Origin: Lingula anatina
Lineage: Eukaryota > Animalia > Brachiopoda
Length of the DNA stretch: 64,000 bases
NCBI GenBank assembly: GCA_051362555.1
Contig: CM120644.1
Coordinates: 19,800,534-19,864,533 of the forward strand
Reading direction: 5' to 3'
Shown here piece after piece: positions 36,535 through 50,320 of the stretch. Made by a program: the position numbers and the translations under genes. Within the stretch, counting starts at the first letter, position 1. Every line of letters starts with the position of its first letter. The notes beneath the pieces are model-generated. The model did no database searches, was not told where the DNA came from, and worked only from the letters and a program-made list of their open reading frames with translations.

Positions 36535-39500
36535 CGGTAAAGTGCCATGAATTTCGAACGGCTCTTGAATTTCGAACGATCTTAAAATCGGCCGTCTGGA
36601 GTTTTTTCTGGACCATGAATTTCGGCCAGTCAGCAATTTTGCGCGATCTTGATTTCGTGAATTTCGTACACCTTAAAATCGGCCACCGGGCTATTCTCGC
36701 GCTTGTAAAGATCTAACAGTCGGCAATGTTGCCCTAGCGTACCTTTACCTGAGTACTACGTGTGCGGCCCAAGGTGCAAGATAACGATCAGTACAGTTAG
36801 TTTAGGACGCTAAACAACATCGTCATATCCATTCATTCAGATAACAGGAGAATCTATTAAGAGTTGTACCGTCGGGCTGTTGTTTCTTTACCGCAGTATT
36901 CGGTGTGAGATAGCGATCGGTAGTTTTGCTGAGGCGCACAATAGCATTGTTAACAGTAGAGACTTCAGTAACAGAACAAAAGAGCAATATTAAGAGCTGC
37001 AATAAAGATTACCATTATTGCTTTCTTGTCTCGCTCAGATCGTTCACGATCTCCCGCTGACGATCTTCCGCTAATGAGGTCCCTTGAAATGTACAAATGA
37101 AATGAAAAATATTTTTAAAAATTATAAATTCCAATGGGGAGGGATAGAGGGTTAAAAACAATCGAGAACGATCTCCGGCTGACGATCTGCCGCAAACGAA
37201 AGCCACTGAACGAGTATGAGCTTTCTCGTTTCACTCGGATTGCGACGCTGATGATACGAAAATTGCGTTCTCGTCTCGCCCTTTGGCTTACGAAGTCTCT
37301 TTAACAAATATGAAAATTGCCTCCTGGTCTCTCTCGGATTGCGATCGATCTCTCGCTGAAAATTTGAAATTTTCCTTTTTGTCAATCAGCTTTGTCAGTT
37401 GCCGTGCGTATGAAGGTCCGGAAGGTGTCCCCTTTCACAAATTGGCCTGTAGTTTGCTTAGTGTTTTGTACCGCATGAAGGTCACTCTTGTCACTGCTGC
37501 ATACGGCGTGGAATGTGTATCTTAAGGTTCATAGAAACATTTTATTGTGTTTTGTAAGCTTTAGGAAGTAGTTTCGTCGTGACTGAATATCAGCGTACAC
37601 TACAAAGTAGTACCATTCATCTGTGACGCATCATAAAAGCTAGGTATGTCAAATTACTCTAAGAAAATTTCTTACAACGTCCACGGCTGTCCCGACAAGC
37701 CAAGACGTCATTTAAAAAAAGTCGCAAGCCGTCTAGCCGTCTTTGAAAATATAGGCCGTCCGGTGATGTCAGCGGCCGTCCAAATGACGGCTGGACGGTT
37801 CGCTGGGAAAAGCCTTGCTCATAAGGGTATATTTATTTAACTAGGGGCTTACTGACATCACCCAACTTACATGCGGGTGCATGCCTCCCAAAATTATATT
37901 AAAGGATAAAATTGTAATATATCTAAATATAATTGTTTGTAAATTTTGTAAAAATTGCCCATGCCACCCCGTTAGTTTGGAGGGTTAAGCTGGATCAAGT
38001 CCGTGTCAAAATTCTTTGAAACTATGCAGGATAAATCAATCTTCCTTTGTTTCTCTGGCTCCTTGTTTATCCCGATGATCAGATTTATCTAGTGCCCCCA
38101 GGTCTGCTGGAGCAGCTCTTTGAAATAATACACAGGTAGATTTTTATCTGAGATAAATATCGCGTTCGATACACTCAAGACAAAAGCTACATTGTACCTG
38201 TGAGCTGAAGGGCACTTTACCCTTTAATTAAGAGGTAAAGCAAGTTCCAGCTAGATGGACGATTAAGATCGGACTTCAGATGGTAACTAGTATTGTTTAC
38301 CTCAGTTCTGTGAAAGCTAACGAGAAGGGTGTCAGAACAATGGTGCATATATAAATTATACAGAGAATTTGTACATTCAGGTGACATTAACTTATAATCG
38401 AAGGGGATTTTCGATAATATTCCTTGAAAAGTACACTAGATTTATAGAGAATAATATCATGGTTGGCCAAAAAATTATATACGCACAGTGTATCCGTGCG
38501 TATGCCTGGTTACGCCCCTGTCGCAAACCAGCAAACCATATCCTGCTGACTACATGAAAATTGCCTTCTAGCATGGACAAAAAGTCCAAGCTTCTATGCT
38601 TGCTCGGATCGCTGACGATCTCTTGCTGACGAATATAGTAACGAAGTCCCTTGAACTAGTGTGGAAATTGGCTTATTATCGCACTCAGATCGCTCACTAT
38701 CTCCCATTGACGATCTTCCAGTCCCTTGAACGAATATAAAAACTGCCTTTTCGGTTTACTCTAGATTACCTATCTCTCGCGTTTGTTTGAAGATGACAAA
38801 ACGTACACGCTTTTCAAATGCGTACATTGACGCAACTATGCGCCAGGAAATCAGTTGCTGCTGCTGGTTAAGATTGGGTTGCCTGAGCGAAAAAAAAAAA
38901 CGGCCCTGCACCCCCCCCCCCCCCCCCAAACCTAGTATATTTGATCGCAGACAACAATCAGCGGTCATCTTGGTCGCAGCGCACGACGGAGAGAGACCGT
39001 AATACACAGTTCTGCTGCCGTGGCGAAGGCTACCTGTGCCCCGCACATACCGATCTGCCGTCGTAGGGGCCTCCCCGCACGGAGGAGAGGCCGTAGTGCA
39101 GAGGCCGGCTTATGCAGCGAAGGCTACGTATGCGTCGGAGACACCGACCCGCGAAAGGCGAGATGAGGACGCATTCGCGCGTAAAGCTCCGCCCAACTTA
39201 AACAGTAAAGGCAACGAACCTGGTCGCGGAAGACACTTATCGCAGATGAAGGCTACCTGCACGTGCGCCATAGACATTGATCGGCTGTCGTCTCCGTTTC
39301 AGTGCACGGAAAGGAGCAACGGTAACACTAAGCTTCCATAGTAAAGGTTATCTGGCCGTGGCAGACGCTAATCGTCAGCCGTCTCTCCCTCCGTCCACTC
39401 CCGTTCTGAGCGCCAGGAGCGTTTTTGAAAAACGACACTAGTTTCTGAATGTCAGAATCGCTTTTGAAAAACGACACTACTGATAACGATGCTGTTTTGC

Positions 39501-39808
39501 GGCCCTAGACAAGAGTACCGCTCTATCTATGGGCCATACACAGTGATCGGGTGAAAGTACGTGTATACCTTTGGTCGCAATTACCGACACTCACACATCA
39601 TACATTATGGTAACTCTAAATAGATCGTCGGGAGAAGATAACAGAAGGCCTAGCGACGAACAGACAACTTCCGGTCAAAATTGACAGAATTCCATGAAAT
39701 TCGAACTTTCAGGAGTTTTGAGCACCTCCTTTTCATGAATTTCGGCCATAACGATCTTTTCCCAAATTTAATTATTTTTTACTGTTCGAAATTCATGGCA
39801 CATTACCG
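36535..39808. mobile_element. pogo/Tc1-mariner-type TIR element with TA duplication and nested repeats
   Basis: TA|CGGTAAAGTGCCATGAATTTCGAAC ... GTTCGAAATTCATGGCACATTACCG|TA. Subterminal ATGAATTTCG repeats; internal GACGATCT motifs at about 37040-37200 and 38610-38720. Confidence 0.8.
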
Positions 39809-39899
39809 TATGTAGCCAGTTCATACACAACTGTATTTTTGGACTTGGGGGTTTTTGCTGCTGGGCCATCTGAAATGATAAATGAACACACATGTATTA

Positions 39900-40050
39900 G
39901 GTTATATGTTGTTCAGCTTTCTTGCAACGAGGACATTTATACTTATCAATATCCCAGGCATCAGTCACTGTGATATTAACACAGGACCCATGATACCATT
40001 CATCACAGAAATCACACTGAATCATGAACCTTCCACCATATGGTTCTCTA
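39900..40050 (-). pseudogene. PHD finger exon
   Basis: CREPYGGRFMIQCDFCDEWYHGSCV....IDKYKCPRC (Cys4-His-Cys3 type). Confidence 0.75.
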
Positions 40051-40426
40051 CAAACAACATAAAGTGGTGACAGTAGTATCATTAGGAAGTAAATGGCTAC
40101 AAATATACAAAGAATCAATACTTACTGGTTGTAGCTAAAACTGTTTCTTTTCCCTCTGAAATCTTGAAATCCATATGAAACAAGCACACCTTGTTGGATT
40201 TTCTCATTTGCAGTTAATTCTGAAGTCTTCATTCCAGAAATGGTTTTATCATCCCATTCAATGACCGCATAGGCATCTGAAAGCACAAACGACATCTGTG
40301 TATTAAACTTTGTAACCAAAATTACAATATTGTATGATATTCACAGCACAATCACTGTTCCTCAAGATATACCAGTAGGTCCATGTGAAAAAATATAGAG
40401 GAAAAAAAATTACAGATCAAGAATTT

Positions 40427-41132
40427 AATGACACAATCACTCTTCCAGCACTTTACCCTCACTACAAATGACCAAACACACCTACCTGACACAATATTGA
40501 AGAAAAAAATTTTTCATCCCTACCTGGCCAAAATTGAAGAAAACTGCCATATCCGGACCTTACGAAAATCTCTCAAAATCACCCAAAAATGACCCGTCAC
40601 CAATTTTTCCAAAAAGTGATGAAAATTAATTTACCACACCTGACATTCATAAAAAATGTGGAAACGCGCCCGGGTCACTTCATTAAAGCCCCCAATTTCA
40701 GCTTTAAAGATTGCCAGAAAGCACACCTGAGAACAGGATTTGGAGAGAGGGGGGGGTGGAGAGAGTTTTTGCTCTATTTCTTCCTAAATAATGACACAAT
40801 CACTCTTCCAGCACTTTACCCTCACTACAAATGACCAAACACACCTACCTGACACAATATTGAAGAAAAAAAATTTTCATCCCTACCTGGCCAAAATTGA
40901 AGAAAACTGCCATATCCGGACCTTACGAAAATCTCTCAAAATCACCCAAAAATGACCTGTCACCAATTTTTCCAAAAAGTGATGAAAATTAATTTACCAC
41001 ACCTGACATTCATAAAAAATGTGGAAACGCGCCCGGGTCACTTCATTAAAGCCCCCCAATTTCAGCTTTAAAGATTGCCAGAAAGCACACCTGAGAACAG
41101 GATTTGGAGAGAGGGGGGGTGGAGAGAGTTTT
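40427..41132. repeat. Near-perfect tandem duplication, about 363-bp unit x2
   Basis: AATGACACAATCACTCTTCCAG at 40427 and 40790. Confidence 0.9.
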
Positions 41133-41915
41133 AACAGTACATCGACATAGATAGCCGTTCACCTTACAGTTGTATTACTTGCCTTCTGACACACCGCAAA
41201 GGGTGATTAAGTGTTAATGGGTGACGGTAATGTCACAATATCCGGAATGCACCAGTGGTGTGGAATTTTATGAGATTACTCATATCTGCATAGTTAAAAT
41301 AAAAACAACACTCATGTTCCTTTAGTCAGGCCAAGCCAGAGACATGTCGGTCTAATAGCCAAGGCACTGCAACGAAAAAGAAGTGGAATTAAGCACTGCT
41401 CTATAAATTAAAATTTTGAATTTAAAAATTATAAACATATGATAAATATATACACTATTTATACATGTCCAACCAGTAAGAAATAGTTTGAACAGATCTG
41501 CACTTATGACATCCCATCACTAGATGCTGTTATGAAGTTGACAATGAAGCTGCGAAAAATATAGCAGCGTTTTCCATTACAGAATCTGATGATGTCGCGA
41601 CAGGAGTGTAAATCTATTTAATCGTCCCCTTTTTTTGTAAAGCAGTAAACTGTAAACTACACTAAATATATAAAAATAATATATAAATAAATGTAAAATA
41701 AAATACTGATTTGAAACATTTTCCTTTAAATTAAACATAATATAATACATATACATATACAATGTTGGTGTTGAAAAATAAATACAAAGTATATACAAAG
41801 AAAAGAAATATAAATAATCTATAAATAATCTTAATTACAAAAAAATAACCCAAACAATATTGTACATATTTACAAAGTCAAAGCCTAAAAATACCTGGAC
41901 AGACATGGCAGTAAC

Positions 41916-43206
41916 TTAATAACCTGTGGCTCTGCCTTCAACACAAATTACTTCGGGCAATACCTTCTGAATGTGGTTAATATACTTAACACACTTAGCC
42001 TGATCCACAGTGGTCCAGAATTCTTCAATGGCAGCCACAAGTTGATCTTTCGTTCTTGGTTTCACCCGGTTCCTGATGAAGTACTTTAGTTCAGCCCAAA
42101 GCATCTCAATGGGGTTTAGATCAGGGCTCTCGGGGGGCGTCTTGAACCAGTTGATATTGTGCTGCTCAAAGAACGTGGCCGTCGACCTGCTGGTATGCAC
42201 GGGGGCATTGTCTTGCTGGAACCTGTGTCCCAGAGGAAGTCTGTGGTTAAATCAGAAGAGATACGTAAATGTTACTATTTTCCGAACTTTCAGCTGATGG
42301 ACAAACATTAGCAATGCATACTCTAAATCGCTACTGACTCTTTATTATTTTAATTGCTGATTTCCGCTTACCTTTCTTGCAGAAACGGATTAAGAGTGTC
42401 CCGAAGAATGTCCTGGTACGCCTCGCTGTTCATCGCGTCAGTAAACATAACAATGGGAGTTGCCCCTCTTTGCAAAATGCCTGAAATAGAAAATATCAGT
42501 CCGTTAGTTTACATGAACATGCGCTTTTATTTTAAAAGCCTAGTCATAATCTTGGCGAATTAGTTTTCAGACCCGGAGTGTTAAATTACACTTGTTAAAT
42601 TTTGATTCATTACATTTCAACAAGCAAAGTTTACCCTTTTTTATCACAACAGTATTAAACATTTTACTGTAGTGTCTCACCTGCCCATTCATGAACCTTG
42701 TAGGGGAGCTTCGGTTTGCTGCGCAGTGGGCGGGCGGACTTATGTCGTTGCCGTCTTTATCCCTGATGACTTTCTGAAAAATTTATCGACCATTCGTGTC
42801 CATCTCCACGGTACACTCATCTGAAGTGAATGCGCAAATAAGATAAATAAGACACATTTTGAAATTCAAAAGGCAAATTCAAGAAAAGAAATAATGTTTG
42901 TATACCTTTTTAACAACGGTGCTAATATATATACATGTAGTTTTACAAAGTGAGCGGAATATTCGGGAATAGATCTTAAACAACAATACATGTACATGTT
43001 GTTTTTTTAATGCAGATCTGTGGGTTGTGGCTTACCAGAAAACACAACGTCCTCAAACTTGTCCTCTACTGCCAGGGCCTCCTGGCACCAGTTCACTCTT
43101 TTCGGACGGTTCACAATGCTAACAAGCTGGCAGTAGCCCTTCGCACTTTTCACCCAGCCAACCTTCTTCCTTAATCTCCGCACAGCACTGGATGACACAA
43201 TCAGAT
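41916..43206 (-). pseudogene. Intron-containing Tc1-like DD34E transposase
   Basis: Exons 43206-43036, 42820-42681, 42480-42372 and 42240-41916 with GT-AG introns. Motifs VVFS|DEC, QQDNAPVH and TPPESPDLNPIE with 34 residues between D and E. At least one in-frame stop in exon 2. Confidence 0.85.
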
Positions 43207-44655
43207 CTGTTAAAACGAACGAAAAAGAGCGGTATTTATATGAACATTCGGTCAATAATTTATTATTTCTTCACTGTATGAAAAAATCAATTTGACAAAT
43301 TACAGTGTATGTTAACCACTATGTGATGTACCAGATGCTTTCTCTTGTTTAGCTCAATGAGGAGTAGATTTCCTAACATTTCCTCCATTTGATGCGCGAT
43401 GATCGCCACGGTAATATTTCGATGTGCGTCATTTTAAATACATCTTCAATGGTATTATTACATAATTATTACCTGTACCTTAGTAACTTTTTTTTGGTAT
43501 CAAATAACAATTTAGCTATGCTTTTTTCCATCTTCATTAGATTAGATTAGATTAGATTAGGGTTGATTTCCAATTCAGGTTCCTACTGGATCCTCTTTAT
43601 CGGACTCTTCCTCCAAAACTAACTTGTGACTTCTGATGATGTTGATTTCGGACCTATAACTGTTGGTAGTCCAAGTTTACATAATTTTTCTGGGTAACTA
43701 AGGTTATTCATGTCGTCCTATAAGTTAGTTGTGAGAAGACACATTTCTTCTTGAACAACGACTCTCTCTGATACGATGCATAATGTCCTTGCCTTCATCA
43801 TCTATCTAAAATATGATAGTTATAAGTATACATTTAGAAACATGTACCATCTTTACCTGCTTTGACGATCTTGTCCTAACTAACTGAGGCATGTATTGCC
43901 ATGGGCAATTCACTTGTTATACCCTCCTCGCTTGTTATTAAGAAAAGTCCCTCAGCAATTTCTTTATTCATTGCTGTTTCCCCCTCTAACTCTTCAGTTA
44001 AGAAGAGGAAATCCCCATCGTCAGAGGAGGAAAAACAGCAATCAGAGTCAACTGTTCCTCCACATCCATGCTTGGTTGTATCTGAAATGAACAAAGAATA
44101 CATACCTAAAACATTGTATTTGTTATTTATTATATAAAACATTTAATTGTAGTGAAATTACAGGTCTAAGGACAGTGTTGACCTGGGTACAGTACCAGTA
44201 TGTGTATTCTTGCTTGTTGGGATGAAATCATGCATGTATGGTTTATATTCAAGTTTTAAGTATGGAAGCACAGTTTTAAAAAGGAAAAGACGTCGACATG
44301 GATAAATGAAAACACTGAGATGTGTTTGATAATTTTTGGAATCATGTTTGTGGGTATTAACACTGAAAGTTTCTAAATTGCATAAAAATTGTATTGATGA
44401 GAACAATATAAATTGCACGGAGGGCAATTTTTTGTGTGAAATGAACTGAATTTTGGTGCCATTCTGAACAGATTTTAAAACATTTATTCCTAGTAAAATG
44501 AAGTAGTTATTGACATCTTTGCATGGTTTAATTTAATATAGTAATAATTATTAATGGATGGATATACAGTGATATGGAATTGTTTGATTGAAATACCCTC
44601 ATCAACATATAAAGAATGTTTAGTATGGATTACAAAAAAAAAACAAGTTGTTACC

Positions 44656-45490
44656 TCCACATCTTTTGCATCATTAATTTGACATACTAGGCGTTTTTCA
44701 AATGAGTTGAAACTTATTCTTCCACGAAATTCTGCAGAACTGCCGACCTTGACTGGTGAAGATGAGGCATCACACCACAAGTTTACAGGAATTGAATCTG
44801 TTCCATCTTCTACTGTGATGGTAGTCATTTTGGTGGCTACTCCTTTTACCATAAGGTCCTTTGTCCTTTTTCGTCTAAATGTGACTGTCCAACTTGCTGG
44901 AATATAGTACAATAAGATGCATATGCATATAATAACAGTGGTGATGTAGATGTAGAGCAAAATTAGGTATAATAGAATGTTATGAGATTAACCTTGATTT
45001 CAGCCATTTGAAGCAACTTTATGTGAATGTGGTAATAGTTAACAAAAATTATAGAAATAAGTTTTGTATGAATCAGTTTAAAAAATAAAGACAGGTAGTT
45101 GAAATCACAGAAATAAAACTATTAATAACCTTTGTTACTTTTCTTTTAAATAGTGCCTTAATGCACCCTTTTCCATGCATCTTTTTCACTTTTTCAGTGG
45201 ATGATATTTTTGGTAACACCATGTTGAGTGCAACATCCACAAAATCTTTGGGAATTTCCTCATCGCAATTTGTCCTACAATAGAAGAGGAGTAGAAACAC
45301 TTGTATAAATTATTATTATTCACAAGTATCTTTAACCATTCTAAAACCACATGGACGCTCAGTGTTGTTGTACTTTCTTTTTGTGAAAAGGACAAAATTT
45401 TACAACGATCACAAGATCTGTCTTGGTATGGGAACGATGCCTTAGCTTCTCCTGTGTGTTCCAAACCAACTTGGTCATTAGCCAGCCTTC
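44656..45490 (-). pseudogene. Multi-exon OB-fold (ssDNA-binding-like) protein remnant
   Basis: Exon-like blocks VGLEHTGEAKA, IPKDFVDVALNMVLP and KMTTITVEDGTDSIPVNLW..SPVKVGSSAEF (I.D.T..I...LW OB-fold pattern). Confidence 0.55.
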
Positions 45491-46339
45491 TTAGTAAAAT
45501 GGTAGAACAACACTTAATGTTAATGAATAAATTCTTTTTACTGCTTGTCTAGGGAGATAAAAATCTGTTTGTCCCTGATTTACCACTTGTGAAATATGAA
45601 TATGATAAAACTCAACAGACTGCAACCAAAAGTGTCACTAAAGTTGTCAGTTTGTTTTGGAGACAACACTAGAATTTGTCTTCTCTTGACTGTCAGTTCT
45701 TCAATTAATGTCCCTATGTTTTGTAGCTTTCTCACAGGATGTATGTCATCAAATCTGTCGAATGCAGCTGTATGAGAATGCCTAAAATCAACATCATTTT
45801 AGCAACATTTCAAGAGAGTCTCCATCAGATGTCTCTTTCACCTTAAAACAATCCTGCCACTTTTTTAAAAAAGATTTCTATGTGCTTTTATGTACCAATT
45901 AAAACCTTTCAGTTTTGTACTGATATTTTGGTATTTTTCTCGTTATGTACAGTTACAGATCTGAATTTTAAAAAAATCAAGTTCTTTCTCTGGTGAAGAA
46001 AACACAGCCAGCAAAACCCACACTGCATTGGGTTTTGACATGTTTTGTATCTTGGAGGAGCCTTTGCAGTTTGGTAAAATTCACCAGACCTGTATGCATC
46101 TTAGCATTTTTTAAATGCGTCCATTTGTTTAAGCTTTTGTCCGTAGGCATGTTGGTGATTTTCCTAGTTTGCACTTGCTTCTGAAACTCTTCCCTCACCA
46201 TTTTGGTGAAGTCCAAACCTACACCACTGAGAAGTATGTGATTGGTATAACAGTCTGACGTCATTGAAATATGATAAGGCCAGTTACAAACCAAGTTTCA
46301 AGTACAACATTGGGGGTTTGATACTGGTATATATATACA

Positions 46340-46705
46340 TCATGGCTGGTAAAGGGGCTTTTAACCTCCAGTGTTGTTGCTTCATTAATAATTCTCTCAG
46401 GTGTACTTGCCAAGTATGGATACTATGCTGATGTAAAAACATGCCACATGGCAATGTTCTGACACCTGATGTCTCTTCACATACTTGCTGACAGCTATGT
46501 GTTCATACAGACATCCATGTCAGAGTGATGGTGCATCAACCTTCTTAGGGCACACAAAAGAATTGGCAAGTTTAATTCTATCAGTTCCAACTGAACACTT
46601 GCAAATTTCTCCAAAGTTAGAAGAGGTTAAACAGATAAAATAGTCTTTTATCCATTGCTTGTCCTTGCTTTGTTTCCTTGTGTTTCTCTCGATGTCATTG
46701 ACCTG
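46340..46705 (-). pseudogene. YqaJ/lambda-exonuclease-like domain fragment
   Basis: IERNTRKQSKDKQW....LTSSNFGEICK, then YPYLASTPERII...LEVKSP (PD-(D/E)xK-type). Confidence 0.7.
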
Positions 46706-46845
46706 TACTAGTACAAATTGCATTTCTACTTTGATGGTAATAGAACATAAACTACATTTGACAGCAAAATATATTTTTCAATATAAAATACCTCTACTTC
46801 TCTCTATGATCTGACTGATTCTGCTTCCCATCCTTTTCTGTATAT

Positions 46846-47690
46846 GTAAGTAAGTAAGTTTATTAAGACATGGCAACCAAAAGGTTGAAGTTATACATAA
46901 AATGGAGTGAGAATAAAATTTACAAATTAAAGTACTGATATATCATATAGGATATGCGAATAGAAATTAATGAGTTTAAAAAAAATAAATAAATAAAATA
47001 AATTTTTTTACACAGGCATCTGAAAGTTAGTGTAAAAGAGGATGGAGTAATGAAAATTAAATATAATAAAGGCCAAAATGAGTTTCAAAAATAAAACTCG
47101 ACCACTAATGGTTTAATAAAGAGAAAGGAATAAGTGTTTTTAAAACGTTCATTTCTAATTTTTGTTAAACTTTGACAGGCTATTTCTTAGTCTTCTGTGT
47201 GGATTGCAGGTTAAAAGGTAGTTCAGCTTGTCTGTGTCATTTTGTATTTTTGCAAAAAATGATTTGCAGAGTTCAAATCTGCGCTCTTTTAATGTAATAA
47301 GTTTTGCTTTGGCTAGAGCATCTACATAAGTTAATTCAGGGAATATTATCCTAAGTGCCCTTGACTGGATGGATTCTATTATTTTACATTGTTCTCCAGT
47401 TAATCCAGGGTGCCACACAGGACAAGCATATTCAACCACGGTCCGAATTAAACTCTGATATACCTGAACAAGATCAGATGAGGACAGTTTAGCACATTTA
47501 AGCTGGCACAGAAAAAACGATCATGTGCATGCTTTTTTATATTTATATACATGTTCAGACTTGTTAGTGATAAAAACACCCAACAGTTTGAAATGGGATA
47601 CTTCACTGACACGAGTTCCTCTAATATTAACTGATTGACATTTTGTCTCTGATTGTGCAAAGTTTACTGTAATAGCTTTTGTTTTGCCCA
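46846..47690 (-). mobile_element. 5'-truncated CR1/L2-group LINE (RT C-terminus and 3' tail)
   Basis: FKLLGVFI; VEYACPVWHPGLT...IESIQSRALRIIFP...LKERR; 3' end AATAAA(CTTA)n at 46846-46864. Confidence 0.85.
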
Positions 47691-48420
47691 ACACACTCCT
47701 CCTTGACCAGCTCAAATTCTGGACCATAAGGCTGTTCATGTTGCACACACCAAATGCCAGTCTGTCTCCATCGCCCACAAATGGGTTGTAACATAGACCA
47801 TACTGCTCCATGGAACTACAAAAGTGTTATGACTGAATATCTTAAACTTTACAGAACATTTTGTTTAACGAATGACATAATGACTGTACTTTTTATGATA
47901 CTATGTTCACATGAGTTCAGCATGAAGAATGTGTGTCCAGCACTTTCTCTGTAACTACTGATATCACTGCAACGAACCCGTGCTTAGAAATGTTGCGGCT
48001 CTGCCATGAGCTATCTATTGTGATGGCACAGTCCACAACCTTCCCCGAATCGAAGTCCAAGCCATGCAGAAGCTGTTTTACTTGTAGCACCACCTTATCC
48101 ATGCTCTCCTGGGCAGTCTGTCGTGCTATGTCTCCTATCTGTTTGGTAGCCAGGGATGGCTATGAAGAGGGATAGGCATGGATAAAAATTCACTCAGTCT
48201 TTTAGGAGCATCACAACCTTTTCCAACTGCATGCATGCCCAAAATGCTAGCCCTTTTAATTTTAAAAAATATCCAGTTCTTCTAGAGGTCAATGTCCACC
48301 CTTCCTCAGACACACTGCTGCAGAACACACATGCCAAGTTCATTTCACTTGACCATCCCGCTGGTACCTTGTTGATATCTCTGTCAGCCGTACCTCATTC
48401 CCAAGCTCGGGTGGCACTGA
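47690..48420 (-). pseudogene. Second, diverged PF20700/Kolobok-like transposase fragment
   Basis: VVDCAITIDSSWQSRNISKHGFVAVISV.TEKVLD and YNPFVGDGDR; paralogous to 4790-5503. Confidence 0.75.
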
Positions 48421-48895
48421 CGCTTTGTTGCAACTGGCTGCAGTGCCAAATACTGTATCCAGCACAAAAACACACCAGACATCTTCATGACCAAGACTAG
48501 TGGTTGACTGGACTGTTTTGTTTTTTCCAGCACCTTTCTGTATGACATGGTGGCTTCTAGGCAGCAGCTGGCTACATGGACATGGCTTTTAATAATAAGG
48601 AACAGACAGTTAAAACTAACGAGAACATCCCTAGCCGTCATCTCATCCAGATATGCAACACATGGGATGTGGCAAATTTTAGGACAAGTGGAATATACAC
48701 AGCCAGAGACGGGAAGGTGATATGGTAAGCAGTATTATTACAGTATTATTGCAGTAATGTAACAAACAAATTTGTGAGGAACCATGTTCTAAAATGATAT
48801 TTTGCTAGACTGCAATGTTTGAAGCAAATGATTATCTCCCACAACTGTCATCTTTTTTTCATTTTGACAGTATCATTATATATACATAACATATA

Positions 48896-49068
48896 CTGGG
48901 GTAGCGCTAGCAATTTTTTTCGCTTAGCCAAATCATCACTTTTTTGTCAATTTCTTATGAAAATAGTTTTTATTTGACTAAAATTTGCCAAATCAAGCCC
49001 TTTTTGTTAAACCAAATTAAGTCAGTTTTAGCATTTGGCTAAGTTGGCGAGTGCTAGCGCTACCCCAG
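48896..49068. mobile_element. Small MITE (hAT-like ends)
   Basis: Perfect TIR CTGGGGTAGCGCTAGCA at both ends; TSD unclear. Confidence 0.75.
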
Positions 49069-49789
49069 ATATATAAATATATACATATATAAATAAATTT
49101 AAAGCATTTTCAAGCTGTTGTATTGATTATGGATTCTTCATGCTGCGGTTCTTTGTTAATTGTTATGCTTTCAGTGGTATCACTTAAGAGAGATTGATTG
49201 TTACATTTGGGTTTTTTCCTTATCTTCTTAGATAATATGGAAAATAAATATTGTCATGTTATGAGATAATCCTGCTGCATCAAAAATAAATCGGGGTGAA
49301 TTTGCCAATTTCATGGTGTAAAAACAGCATTCTTGGGTTGAAAACTGTAATATTAAATTCAGATATATCTCCCTCATCATCTGAACAGCTAACAGCACTG
49401 TTTTAACACCCATTTGATCACGACAACAAATACTGCAAACTGATGCCGGAAAAAGTTCTGGAAAGTTTTACTTCGGATTTTATCACAAAAGATGCAAAAT
49501 AATGTCTTTGTTTAAATAAATTATTTAAATGATTAATGAAGCATTATGATTAAGGGTTCATATCTCCTATCACTTAGTTACAGAGCTATGTTCAATTTTT
49601 TTCCCACAGTGTCCACTGGGAACTAAATGCGCATTTTATCATTTAGCTTTAAGTGGCCCTATTAATGTCATTTATTATTTCAGCCCCAGCCTGCAGGTAT
49701 CCTAGGTTGGAACATCTCTCTGGCCCATCTCCTAGGAGTATTTTTTTATGTACAGACACAGATGTGTCTGTACATATTGCCATCACCTG

Positions 49790-50320
49790 CGTCTGTCGTC
49801 GCCGTCGCCGTCGCCGTCGCCGATCATGTCGCCGTCGCCGTGCACTTTCAGCGTTAACACCATAAGTGGAAGACAGTTTTACTTTTTGGCTTTATATTTA
49901 CAGAGCTGACTAATATTCATAAAACGCAGGTCAAGTTCGAAAATTAGCATGATCGGGCCATTATTGTAGAATTTATGCTGTTTTTTCACTTTTTAGCATA
50001 TGTGCAACACTGTTAACACATTTCAAGGAAAACCGATAGGCCTGTTGTCATGAAACTCACAGGAGTAATCAATCTTATTAAAACGCAGATCAAGTTCGAA
50101 AATCGGCATGATCGGGCCACTATTTTAGTAGTTATGCTGTTTTTTTTTTCACTTTTCAGCATATGTGCAACACTGTTAACACATTTCAAGGAAAACCGAT
50201 AGACCTGTTGTCATGAAACTCACAGGAGTAATTAAACTTACTAAAACGCAGGTCAAGTTCGAAAATCAGCATAATCAGGCCATTATTTTATACGTTATGC
50301 TGTTTTTTCACATTTCCTCA
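49790..50320 (+). mobile_element. Helentron/HINE-like non-autonomous repeat
   Basis: (CGTCGC)n microsatellite followed by about 160-bp core repeats containing AAAACGCAG.TCAAGTTCGAAAA at 49921, 50079 and 50243. Confidence 0.55.

Noticed and set aside
37240-37270. Hammerhead ribozyme core CTGATGA...GAAA
   Set aside because: Only 3 nt between the core halves, so no stem II can form, and no convincing stems I/III.
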